Assembly (NCBI GenBank): GCA_951406725.2
Contig: OX597814.1
Span: 147,002,001 to 147,066,000 of the forward strand
Reading direction: 5' to 3'
Length of the DNA: 64,000 nt
From: Octopus vulgaris
Taxonomy: Eukaryota
The notes beneath the pieces were generated by a model that searched no databases, was not told the DNA's origin, and was given only the letters and a program-made list of their open reading frames with translations. The translations under genes were made by a program, and so were the position numbers. Below are positions 39,315 to 52,639 of the stretch, in pieces (positions within the stretch are counted from its first letter, which is position 1; each line of letters starts with the position of its first letter).

Positions 39315-41164
39315 TTCTGGCTTTGATGGGTGGAGGAACTTATCTCTCATTTGAAAACATAAGGACACAGGAAATGTGTTTACGGCCAACAGGAAACTGT
39401 GTTTCCTAGGGCTAAATAGCTGTAGCACTCTTACTTTTCATTGAACTGTCACATTAAGTTGACAACATACCATCACTTTATATACATATATATAAATGTA
39501 TACGTTGGCATATGTATCTGTTTGTCTATCTGTCTGTTAGATCTCTTTGTGTACATATATATTATATTATATGTGTATACACTTTTTCTAATTAGAAATT
39601 TAAATTTTATATCTAATAATATAATCACTAATTTTTAGCCATATAAAAAAATTGCGATAATTAAAAGAAGTTGTGAAATTATTATCTATTATGGTGTCTC
39701 TTTTTATTGTCTCTTCAAAGTTATATTATATCCATTTTTTTCACGTTTGTATTCTTCGCTTGCACTACTTCTGAAGTTATGTATTATTTATGTCTATGTA
39801 TGGCAATTTGCAGATGTACAATTATTTCTTGCTTTTAACAACAGCTAAGTTCACTGCAGAATTCTAAAAACCAAAATGACAGTTCAAATTATAAATGGAT
39901 TTAAAATATTTTTGGAGTGCGCACCCACTGGTATTGTAGATCTACTTTTAAACATCTCTCTCGTCTTTGAAAGAAAAGTGAACAAAGGAAGACTAATGGC
40001 TGCATATTGATTTCTATTAATATCTCAACATTAAAGCAAGTTCGATTGCTTCTCCCAGCAACGTTGAAAGAAGAACAATAGACAGTGAACAATGTTCTGT
40101 AATCTCTGACAGATTAAAACAGATTCACACCAAGCATATGATGTCTGATCTAACCTCAGCCAGCAGTTAATTTTGCAATTTACTGAACTGTTTGATCTCC
40201 ATTAAAAACGTATAGCTGCACGTGTCATAACCTTATTAGAATAATTTCATATTTTATGATTAAGGCTTAACATTTTTGTATAAATTTCCCTTGGGATTGA
40301 TATAGACACAGTAAGAGGGCTTGTTTCCTCGGAGGTAATATTTTAATCTTTTGTTTGATCATTTTAAGTAATTAGGCTGCTTTCTATCCACCACAAATCA
40401 AGGTCAGTTGTTAACAGACAGAGAAGTCAATAGATTCTAATAATAAATTCAGTTTAGTTAACAATATCATTGCTGAAAGACTAGTCCAAAATTATGTATA
40501 TTAAGACTGAATAAATGAATGTATTGAATATTACTGTGGTAACTTTTTTCTTTGAAAGATTAAACTAAGAGAAATAGACTGCTGTTATTCATTATGGTCG
40601 TAACACATATAAAGTTATGTCTGGCGTTTGTATGTTTTGAATAACTTTAAATATCTATAGATTTTCAAATCAATTTTCAATTTAGAAAAATGTTATGAAC
40701 TATACTTTTTTGTTAATGCTTCTGGTAGCTTCCTGTCGGATTATTCCAAATTAAGCTGACACACCACCGAGATTGTTTTGGTTGAAGGCAAAGACTTAGT
40801 GTCCAAAAGCATACACCATATCATACAATGTACGTTTACAACTTTATTTTTTAAATTTATAATTTTACATATGAAGGAGTCCGCGCTTATTTTTAACTCT
40901 AGCAGCTTAAGGCAAAGATATAAACTGTTTGTCTGTAGTTCAAGCTCTGAGTACAAATTCTGCTATTGTCGAAATATAGTGCGTGGAGGTTTCGCCTTAA
41001 AGTGTTTTAACACAGACAATTTCCCATCTCACAAAGACCTCAGCAATTGCTTCAACTAGGTCTTGAAAAGAAAGGTGATGCTAGCGAGAGAGAGATGCTA
41101 TAATCTAGTGTGATAATCCAATCTATCTTTCTCTTGTGTGAAAATGATGGATGACAATGGCAGC

Positions 41165-41262
41165 AGTTACGCAGTGGGGTCGATGTAATCGACTTAATAC
41201 CTATGTCTGTCCTTGTTTGTTCCCTCTGTGTTTAGCCCCTTGTGGGTAATAAAGAAATAGGT
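41165..41262 (+). mobile_element. SINE family B 3' half
   Basis: cagttacgcagtggggtcgatgtaatcgacttaatacc...gggtaataaagaaatagg. Confidence 0.88.
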
Positions 41263-41679
41263 CTGGTGAGTTTCAAAGGGTAGGACTTGAGCATGCATTT
41301 CCACGCGGGATAAAGAAATCAGAGTGATAGCGATTTAAATGCTTAGTATATAGCAGCCTAATTGAGCCCTATACGTAAGGTTTTCATAAAATTATCCGAG
41401 ATGGACTACACCTTTTGGACATTCTGTGGGATTTTATGCTCTTATGTTTTCTGTTGGATTTATTCATTTATTTAATCATATTGATTTCCTTCTACTCGAG
41501 AGAAACCGTCCATTTTTTTGGATTGTATATTTTATGTTGCATTTCTTGTGTTGCATTTCTGTGTTGCATTTCGTCCTGAGAAGTATCCTGAATGATTTGG
41601 GCATTTTTGGTGAATGTAAGAAATAACACATCCAGTAACAATTATAATCATAATTATTAACTCTATAGTTTTAATTTTT

Positions 41680-41971
41680 TATTATAATTATAGTATAGTA
41701 TATTCTTCTCCTTTTCTTTTTTCTTCTTCTTAATAGTAGTAGTAGAAGAAGAAAAAAGAAGCAGAAGAAGACGAAGAAGAAGAAGTAAAAGAAGAAAAGA
41801 GAAAGTAGTAGTAGTAGAAGAAGAAGAAGTAAAAAAAGAAAAGAGAAAGTAGTAGTAGTAGTAGTAGTAGTAGTAGAAGAAGAAGACAAAGAAGAAAAAT
41901 ACGAAGAAGACGAAGAAGACGAAGAAATAAAAAAAGAAAAGAAAAAGTAGTAGTAATTATAGTAGTAGTAA

Positions 41972-42003
<32 letters not shown>

Positions 42004-42004
42004 A

Positions 42005-42087
<83 letters not shown>

Positions 42088-42170
42088 ATAGAAGAAGAAG
42101 AAGAAGAAGAAGAAGAAGAAGAAGAAGAAGAAGAAGAAGAAGAAGAAGAACCAGCAGTAGCAGCTACTGA
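41680..42170. repeat. Compound (TAG)/(GAA) microsatellite
   Basis: Directly visible. Confidence 0.97.
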
Positions 42171-42781
42171 AATTGTCCATGCTGTTTTCCTGTTACTATA
42201 TTAATTACAGCTAGTAAAAGGTGTGAGATATTATCATACAAATCAACACAAACGTAGATCATTTCCCACCAGATAATGCCTCTTTTATCTGAATCGCCCC
42301 AAGGCACCTTTATCGTAATCAAAGTCATTCATTTATTCACCATAATGACCACCGCATTTTACTGAAATTTAACTAACAAGTTCCATGTCATTTACTATTT
42401 AGTAAGTAAGCCGAGCATTCTCTATGATATTATGTCATATCATCATCTTACTGCATAAGAGAATTTAACTGAGACAAGGACCGATGAAGGCACTTCACAT
42501 TGGATTATTATAATGTCACTCAGATATCAACGAAGACAATGCGTAATATGTAAAGAATGGCTTCAAGAGATACGTGTCTTTCGGTTTTCTTCAGCATCTG
42601 GCAGGTATAAATGTCGAAGGAGTACAGGAGAAAGAGAAGAATAATTTTCTTTTTTTTTTTGTTAATATGGAAGATTTCTATGATTATTGGCATTTCCTCA
42701 CAGCATATAATTCTTTCTTGACATCACGTTTCATTTTATTTTTATTTTCAATTTTCTTGTGTACAGCCTTACTCGCTATCA

Positions 42782-42851
<70 letters not shown>

Positions 42852-44612
42852 ATATATATATACATATATATTTATATATATATATAATCATATATCGACC
42901 TTATGCACATACGTAGAAACACATACACACATACGTGTGTATCTACACAAATACACACACACATGCACGCACTTACACACGCGCGCGAGCATAAACACAC
43001 ACTCACACACAGACATAAACACATACGAGAATGTGCATGCAAACACAAGCATCTATACATAGTTCATACGCACAAATGTAACTGATTCTCTGCAGGCGTA
43101 TTATGTCACCAAGTTCTCGATTCCTGATTGCATATTATTATAACACGAACAATGCATGAATGTTCCTATATTCCCACCAAGCTGAACCAAATCCATATAG
43201 CTAAATCTTGGGTGAATAATCCCGATAACATCAGCTGTTGTAAGCTACAATTTTTATCGAATATCGCAAGCACGCATACACACGCGCGCGCACAAACCCA
43301 CGTATGTATGTATATTAATATGTATTCATATAGATTCATACATATGTGTGTTTTTGTACATTCACACTTCGATACATGCAAAAACATTAATTATAAGATA
43401 TCAGCTAAAGATTTATGTATAGTTTATACATTTGCAAATTTGCTTGTGGCTTTATGTATCGGACAGATCTCACGTCATCCGTTTTAAGACGCATCTATGC
43501 CCCGCAGTGCGGTCGTGCTAAGATTTACAAAACGTACGTTTGCTGATTTTATGTATCATTTATTTACTGGATATGCTATTATTATAAATACTTCGTAAAT
43601 CGAATGATAATCATCTTTGTCTTACTCCTTAACCACTGAGGAACTAGGAGATATGCAACCTTCCCCCACTATCCTATATGAAAGAAGATTCGTTTTAAAA
43701 GGTTTGATATAGGAGAGATCTATAGCTTCATGTGAAGCAAAGGAACATGGTGTTTATTCAATAGAATTAGCAATGATTTTCTAAATCACACAAATAGTCT
43801 AAATTATTGCCACCCATATGAATTTTTCAGTCAGTAGTTCCTATTTTTCAACTCATTTCTGCTATTACCAAAAGTTATTTACACGTACGGCTACATTTTG
43901 TCGCTTATTCGAAATTTGCTCTGCAATTATAATTGTTAAATTTAGGACTTACGCATATTTACTAAACACGCACATGCACACACATAAACGCACACACATA
44001 CACATACACACAAACGCACACACATATTGCATGTACTTACATATATACACACATATACATGCATTTCTGTATATATACTCATAGGATTAGACGTATTGCA
44101 GAAGCTAAATTATCTGTATATTGTTCACTTTAAACCAATTTAAAAAGTTTTTATTTCCTTTAGATGTCAGATAAAATCCTTCTATAAGAATTGAAAAGAT
44201 ATGCAGTTATGTTTGTGGCAATGTTTACGGAAGACTGCGATTTGTAAATTGCCAAATTTGTAAGTACTGCAACACTTACAATAACTTGTAAGCGTTGCAA
44301 GTTATTTTGCAAGCAAATTTCAGAAGGAATTAGAAACCTTTACTGAGGTCGTTTCAACGTTGCTGAAGAGTAAAAGGCACATATTCTAAACTTTCGGATA
44401 CTATAAGGATGCTGAAATTTTCCCAACGTATTCAAGATATTATCGATGCTGATGGTGTATCTGTGTTGTAATTGAGGGTGTGTTGTATGCGTATTTCTGT
44501 CTTTGTTTTGAATCTCTGTCTATGTCAACTTTGAAAGGTTTACAAAAGTATGAAAAAACATGTCCTTTATAGCTTAACGGGTTACTTCATGTCTTTAATA
44601 TTCAGGCCAACT

Positions 44613-44750
44613 AAGGCAGAATAGTTAGCACATCAGGCAAAATGACTTGCGGCATTTCAGCCATCTTTACGTTCAGAGTGCAATTCCCACCGTGACAGAC
44701 TTAGCCCCTCCCCCGAAATTGCTGTCCTTGTGCCAAGAATTAAAAATAAT
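44613..44750 (+). mobile_element. SINE family B, degenerate and internally deleted
   Basis: ggcagaatagttagcacatcaggcaaaatg...tacgttcagagt...ccgaaattgctgtccttgtgccaa. Confidence 0.65.
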
Positions 44751-47700
44751 ATTCAAGCAAAGTGTGGAGAATGAAACAAGAAAACATTATTCCGCAATGT
44801 CAAGGCACAAAGAAAAAAAAAAGAAAAAGAAAAGCTAAAGTAAATAGTATAAGTGATAGGTAAAAAAATATAAATGAAGGTAATTCTATAGTATTAGTAA
44901 GATGTATTGAATTCCCACTCTCATATCTAAGTTAGTCGAATATTTAGAATTTAGTATACTCCATCTTTTTTTTTTTTAACTTTCAACTGATTTTCAGTTA
45001 TATACTTAAAATTTTTATCCGGTGTCGGAGGTAAATAACCTGAGCTAACATTAAAACAATATTTTTCACTTCCGTAAGTTTCAAATATCTACCTGAAGAA
45101 AGAGAGAAACTCCGCAAAATTAAAATACACAGAGGACTAACCAAAGATAACTGAACGCAATCTCCAGAGAACTGGAAATACCATTCTTATGTCACTAAAA
45201 CTGCAATCTACAATTCTACAAGAAAGTACATTTAATAATGCAGTCCTAGTGACACACTTTTTGAAGGGTTTGGCATAATCGGAATGGATATAATCGTGCT
45301 GGATACAACTTCCAGCACAGGTTCTATTTCAGCAGGTTGACCTGGATGTATACAACAACAGATATGGTTAAACATTCATAATACACAGATCTCTTCATTC
45401 TTTCTTATCTGCTAGTTTCCTTTACTGTTTCGATGATGATTCCATTGTAATTGCGTATTTCCTTTATATTTTGATTTTCTTTGATAGATCCTCTTATAAT
45501 TGTTGTTTTTGTTGTGTTTGCTTTTATTGCAGTGTAATTATACTTTTGTTGTTCGTAATATTTAAATAAAACACTCCATCATTATTGTTTTCACCATGAT
45601 TTACTTTCTCTGTATTGTTGATTAATATAATATACTATATTAAATATTGATATGATTTTATTATATACTTCATTTCCGTATTTTTCCTGTTCACTCGTTT
45701 TTCCTTTCATTTTCTGCCCCACCCACATACCCACATCTTCCTGTTTATTCTAGGCTGTTCTTATCACTACCACCCTAATTACCATATATATAATTAGAGA
45801 TGACCAATAACCGAGTCTAGGGCATTTTTTCCGGTTGATTGATAATAATTATCCTTTCTTCTATTCAAAATCATACATATTTCTTGGCAGCTGCGTTCAT
45901 TGATATTGTTGTTGTTTCTTAATCATATATTTAATCATGGTGTTGTCATTTTGTCATTTATTTTGATTATAGTTGTTGTTGGCAGAGTAGTTAATGATAA
46001 TACTGGTGGTGAAGCTTGTGCTGCTGCTGCTGTCTTTGCGGGTGTTTTCATTATGTGTTTATATGAAATATCTTAGTAATTACATTGGTGAGTAATTTCG
46101 TTCTATACATTTCATTGATTTGCCTCTATGCAACACTACCGACAATACAAGTTGGAAAAGCAATTCGATCTTGCGTAGACAATATTTGAAGTAAGCTATG
46201 TACTGTTTTTTCTATATAGCTTTTGTATTAATAATAACGTTATATTTTTTTTATTCACTTATATATTCATTTATTCATTGTTATATTTTTTAATTAATTA
46301 ATCATCTTCGAAGTGTCTCACTGATTTTTTAATTTCTTTTGTTTCTTTTCAATATTTTCCTTCATGCGTTCAGCTGTTTGCGGAGAAAGGAGAGCGCGGT
46401 GAGGGAAGAAGGTTATAACACAGCAACACACTCACACACTTCCACCTGCGCTCATACGGAAATGCACACCAGTATATACACAAGTGAACGTAACCCAGAA
46501 TGGAGGTACATTCATGAATTTGTCGATGCGAACCAACGTGCCAGTATGGAAGCATACATAGCCACACACACACACGAGCACACATACACACACAAACAAA
46601 CACACACACATTTATATGTATACGTGTGTGTCTGTGTATGAATGTGTGTTGTTCCTGCCATTTTCTTTGTAAATCTATATGCTTATATTTGTGTATGTGT
46701 GTTTGTCCAAATGCACATTGTATAATTTTGAGTGTGCATGTGTCAGTGCATTTGTGTCTACGCATGCGTATCTTTTGCTAACGATTACTTATATATATTT
46801 ATATATATTTCACTTGAAATATTATACTGGGTAATCTGATTGCGTGACATCAAACCTCAATATTTATGTTCGTGAAGTGGACATAGACTACTATAACTCA
46901 ATAAATATATTCAACTGAAAGTGCGTAAGTTTTAACTGTAAACTAGATTATCCATTTTGTTGCCCTAATATTGTCATCACTGATTACTTGTCTGTATAGC
47001 ACAGACCATTTTACACGTAAAAATATGTATATTTCTCTACATGCTAAAAAGACAAACAAATGCATACACATAATCATGTGTATATTTGTGTGAATGTGTG
47101 GGTATTTAATACAAAATAAAGCCAATATTTTTGTTATATATGTTGCAAACAGCAGACGTGAATATACATAAGTATAGAATAATTTCAAAGATGTGACGAT
47201 AAATATTCAAATATCGCTGACCAAATTCATTTTCCTGTTAGATGGAGAAAAAGTGTAAAAATGTCAGGGCAGGAAAAGGAGGCGGAGAAAGATATTGGAA
47301 GTTAAAATGTTTCTAGACCAGAATATTTTTCTATACCACACAAGAAATATTACTGTGGGTTGAGTATTGTATATTGTTCTCGTAAAGGAAATTTTTTCGT
47401 TTAAAGAATTGGGATATCGTAGGGACATGGAAGGGCGTGGCAGCAAATAATTTTGTTTTAACCCTTGATGCTCACATAAGCATATATTTAACCTAAAAAA
47501 ATATGACTTTCGAAGACAATTACTAGATTGTGTTGCAATGCAAAAATGGTATGTATTATCTCCTGGGGATTAAAGTTTCTTCTATACATAATCAATGCCG
47601 GTCATGTGACGGGGGCCTTGTGCTTAAGACAAGGTAGCTTGAATTATACAAACACACACTTATATGCAAACATTAACTAATTACAATATCCGAGAAATCG

Positions 47701-48593
47701 CCGAGGGGCTGTGAATATGTGAATTAATTTATGTGGCCATTAATGTGCGTGTGTGTATAAACTTGCCCACAAGTATGGGCAAGCAAATAACGTCTGTATA
47801 TATATACGCACAAATATATATAGTCTATGCGAATGTTTGCTTTCTTACAGATTTTGTGCGTGTCTGTGTGTATTCATCATGTACATGTCATTGTTTTCGT
47901 GTGTTCCATCTAGACGCCACAGAATCCGATTTCCTGGAATGATTACGAATGTCCCCTATACTACTCAAATCGTTTGCACAGCTCAGTGTATCTCTTATAA
48001 TACACACGAAACACAATCTTTAAGTTGGATACAAGCGGCGTAAATTTATCTTTGGTTCACCATAGATGATCGTTCCCATGATTTTAGACTAATTTACGTA
48101 CCCGTCACACAGTAAACCTTTACGAAAGAGTATGGATTTTTTGCTGCCACATAGAAACTGCTATACTTGGTTAATGATTTTACTCAAATATCGCAAGTTT
48201 TAATTATTCATGTCTGTGTGAATACATTCTCATTCTAGTATACCCAATAAGTGGCTATGTGGACTAAGCCATCCTGTTTATAGCATTGGAATCGGTGTTA
48301 ACTGCAATATCATATCTTAATGGGATAGAAGTAGCATGTGGTTAGGAGTGATATCTTCCACACTGTTTTAGCTCAACCATCACTCTGTATCACAATACGG
48401 TGGCTTGCAGATATCCTTAACTCGCTTGTTGTTTAGGCGTTTATTTCGTATTCAGGACAACACAAATCGATCCTTCTATGTTAGAGTCTGTTGTAATGCA
48501 TCTCCAGATGAGGCGACTATTAGTGTCAGTGTCACTAGTATTCTCTAGATTGTGAGATAGGTTATGTATGTACATATATGTGCATATAGATAT

Positions 48594-48636
<43 letters not shown>

Positions 48637-48850
48637 CATGAGCATATATAAAGATACTTCTAGTGTATGTACACTCACCTCTATTAATTATACCCGCTAG
48701 GTGTGTTCTATTTGGTCCATGTTCTTTTGGAGAAATATGAAACAGTGTTTTATCGGATCCCAGTTTTTCTGGAACAGTAGATTTTAAGAACATGTTAGAA
48801 AATGGTGTCGATTCTGTTTTTAACTCGTTCAGATGAGTTATATTCGATGA

Positions 48851-49072
48851 TGGCAGAAACGTTAGCACGCCGGGCGAAATGCTTAGCGGTATTTCGTCTG
48901 CGTTACGTTGTGAGTTCAAATTCCGCCGAGGTCGACTTTGCCTTTCATCCTTTCGGGGTCGATAAATTAAGTACCAGTTACGCACTGGGTCGATGTAATC
49001 GACTTAATACCTATGTCTGTCCTTGTTTGTCCCCTCTGTGTTTAGCCCCTTGTGGGTAATAAAGAAATAGGT
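48851..49072 (+). mobile_element. SINE family B
   Basis: Near-consensus copy tggcagaaacgttagcacgccgggcg...gagttcaaattcc...taataaagaaatagg. Confidence 0.93.
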
Positions 49073-50036
49073 AAGAAATCCTCATTACAATACAAACTGA
49101 TTATCACAGTTCAGAATCAATTGGATACGTTTACATATATACATTTGTATCCTGTTTCTGAAGCTGAATACATAAAATGTGTTTGCAAAACAGGCCCGGA
49201 TTCTAACAGTGTGTGTTGCTTTGGCCTAACCCCGTTTTAGAAACATTAAACAGCATAGAAACGGAGTAATCTTTGCCTCCATAAAACAAAGTAAAGCGAA
49301 AATATTTAAAAATTAGCACCGGTTTGTTATTAAGGATAAATCACACTAATGAATATACAAATTACAAACGATTGCTATTTTATATGAAATACGTTTGCAC
49401 ATCAAATCTGTTCAGAATCTGAAGGGGACATAATGACAATTAGATACAAAATATTCTGCAGAATAAAAATTAGCGCTACATTATGTTATGGTTTTCTATC
49501 TTCTTCGCTGTCTGAAGTATCGCAAACACAGCTCTAGAGCAAATTATTCTTTTTGTACATAAACAGAGGTACATTCACTGAAAGGCATAGATACACTCAT
49601 ACAGACATGAACAATGTATAAACATAGACAAAAAAACCCACGTCATTTTATGAAAAATGGTTGTCATTATTATATTCATTTTCCATATTGTGTCTAACAA
49701 GGACACAAAAAGAATTCCTCGAAGCCACTGTTGATAATAATCACCATATATGTTCAGTGATCCATCACTTCTACGTCAGGCAGATATTTGTATCTAATTG
49801 TTACTATCTCTTTCCTCATTGTTGCTCGGTAATTTCGTATATTACAATAAATTTGTTACTAGTGGAAAATGGCGTGTTATTAGCCGTATATCCAGTATAC
49901 AGTATCGTTCTTGTTTCTAACTACGTACATCCACTTCAAATTGCCCTGTATGCATTAATATCTATCTCAACGTATATATATATATACATAAATGCATATA
50001 TATATAAACATATATGTACATACATACATATATATA

Positions 50037-50076
<40 letters not shown>

Positions 50077-50645
50077 CACGCACACAAAACACATACGCAT
50101 GCATGGCGGGTGTTGGCAAGAATGTAAGCATTATGCATGTAAATGTGTGTGCTTGTCAGTATTGTTATTTGTGCATTGGTGTGTGCATATGTGGAGAGAG
50201 GAGTAAACGGTAAAATTAGATACATATGCATAAATGGTATTATATTTTGCTATACATAGTTTTGCATGCGCGCGCGCGTGTGTGTGTGTGTGGAGAGAGA
50301 AAGAAATGAATGAGAGCTGCGAGTGAGATTTAAACTAAAACTAACAACTGCACGACAGAATTTCCTCTCCAGCTTCCAAATTATTTTTCTTTAACATGGT
50401 CTGTATCTCTCTATGTATCTCTGCTTCATACCTACTCTTCTCCCTCTCTCTCTCTCTCCCTCACAACTCCCTCCTCATTGGTTCACGTTCACATATATCC
50501 CTCATTTTCTTTCCCTTTTTCTGGTTGACTTTCTTTCTTTTTTTTTTCTCAATTCATTTATTTATTCATTTCTTCCGCTTTCAGAAAATATCATTCCTAT
50601 TCGAAAGCCAACGGTTTGTAAACTGAATAAGCAGCAGCCACCATA

Positions 50646-50735
50646 TTAGCTCCGGTAGATGTTGAAGGGCGGAGGTGCTAGTGGAGGCTGATTTAGTTTC
50701 GACGTAATAGTATAGATGCTGTGATGCATTTTGTC
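50646..50735 (-). CDS. Candidate terminal exon of an unidentified gene
   Basis: Minus acceptor attcttgttcag. Phase 0 reads DKMHHSIYTITSKLNQPPLAPPPFNIYRS*; phase 1 reads ...KSASTSTSALQHLPELIWWLLLIQF... to 50581 (GPI-signal-like). The frame is undetermined. Confidence 0.25.
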   Translation of the reverse strand, partial: DKMHHSIYTITSKLNQPPLAPPPFNIYRS

Positions 50736-51489
50736 CTGAACAAGAATTAATGGTGCAAGAATAATACGGCCAGTGCAACTAATCACTCACAATGTAGTAA
50801 AATTCCATGCAAGTGCTTACATTATCATCTAGGTCTATCATTCTCAAGGAATCTAGCATTTCTAAATATTTTCTAGACCTCCCCAGTATTCTATGATAAT
50901 ATCACTCACATATGGCATTATTTCTACATGTCTATTCGTTCCACTTCCTCTTGACTACTTAGGATTGATGCATTCTCGTTAAGGTTTTTCGATTATTCAG
51001 GCATTTCTCGTTTCAATAACTTCTATGAATTTATAACTCACCTCCACCCCATCTCTCATTTGACGGCGCTAGACAATACAATATGTTCCTTCCATCGTAA
51101 TCAATGAGATTTGTATGAATACAAATATAAATATTTCAGATAAAATATGTTCTTCCAGTCAGCCACCTTCACTACCCACTTCCACGAAGCCTAATATTAT
51201 CATATGTGTCTGAGGCTCTTATTATTAGAGATTTCATATCTGGCTGCGAATATTTGTCTCAAATCAATTCAACATAAATTTATGTGCCTCTATAAATACT
51301 CTGACCACATACTAAATGTGAGTATAATGAAATTCTTAGAACATCTTATGTATGAATATATATATAAAAAGAATACTTACACGTAGGAATAGAAGTACTT
51401 ATGTAATTCTTTACATCATTAGTATCATTATTATTTTAGTTGTTTTTCTTGATTGATTAGATTAGCATCGTTGCCAATCCATTTGGTCC

Positions 51490-51645
51490 TCTGACAAAAT
51501 TCGTAGAGGAAATTCTTTTGAGCTTTGAGCTTCTGCGCTCAAATCCCGAAAAGAGCAAATTGGCCTTTCATCAGTTCAAGGTTAATAAAATATAATTCAG
51601 TCAAGTACCGGAGTCAGTGGAGTCGATATAACGTCCCCTCTTCTA
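51490..51645 (+). mobile_element. SINE family B, degenerate
   Basis: ctgacaaaattcgtag...ctcaaatcccg...ggccttttcatc...aagtaccggagtc. Confidence 0.55.
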
Positions 51646-51709
51646 TGAAAATGCGTTATGGTTAGTCTGCTCCAGCACGAGTCATTGAAAAATTAAAAGA
51701 TGAAAACGC

Positions 51710-51858
51710 ATTATTATTATTGTTGTTATTATTTCTCTTTATCACAGATTTTGCTGGAACTCCTGGTGTCTTACATGCGTAGCGGGCTTGCTACCTGCAG
51801 CTTACAGTACCGTGTAATCCATTATTTTTCAGGTATCTAATACCTTCCTGGTTATTCT
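51710..51858 (-). mobile_element. R4/Dong-type 3' end stub
   Basis: Minus strand reads RITRKVLDT* (cf. ILRKVLAV* and ILRKML* in the other copies), then a ~95-nt 3' UTR and a (TAA/CAA)n tail. Confidence 0.7.
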
Positions 51859-52639
51859 ATCTATCTATCTATCTATACATACATACATGCATATATATTA
51901 TATGTAAATAGATATACTTGTCAATCAAATTCTAGCGCTTTCTTATTTTCTCAGTAACATTTCCCTGTTTTCAAGTACCCTCAGGTTTTTATATTAACAT
52001 TCAAGTAACAACGTATGTTGTATCGTATTATTTATCTATATACACTTTCAGTGTTACAACACTTCTTGAGTGAATATTCTTTTAAAATCAATTCAATTCT
52101 TAGTTTTATTATATTGTTCCTTTAGGTCGGGTTCGAAATTCTGAATAAGAATTTTTTTTTTCTCTTGTTCAACAACATTCATGTTTTATCCCCACCTCGT
52201 GGTGGTTGGTCGCAAACCGACAGTAACCATTTGTTTGGTGGTGTTGCGCAATTAATTGGAAAATTATAGATAATATAAGAACGGTTTGGGGGATGAAATC
52301 AAATTTATATTCAGTTCAATATATCGTTATTTATATCATCGTATTTTCAAACGCCTTTAAAATTTTGAACGATATTTCTTTTCTTTCTCTTCTCACTTCA
52401 CATGAGGCATGTATTTTGTAAAATTCAAATATTAAAGCCATACATTAGAGATTGTTACGAAGGATAAAATTCATTAAGAAAAAAAATACCGAATTTGCAA
52501 AAATCGTATTACGCTGGAAATTGAATGATTAACAAAAACATTTATATAAACATGCGCGCGTGTGTATGTCTATGTGTGTGCGTGTGTATGCGTGTGTGTT
52601 CACGCGCGCGTGTGTATATATATATATATATACACTACT

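Noticed and set aside
45235-45340. Minus-strand candidate exon GQPAEIEPVLEVVSSTIISIPIMPNPSK
   Set aside because: Weak donor, no homology, cannot be linked to other exons.
47894-47980. WNDYEC peptide resembling a C-type lectin motif
   Set aside because: Lacks the final conserved cysteine; no other lectin exons found.
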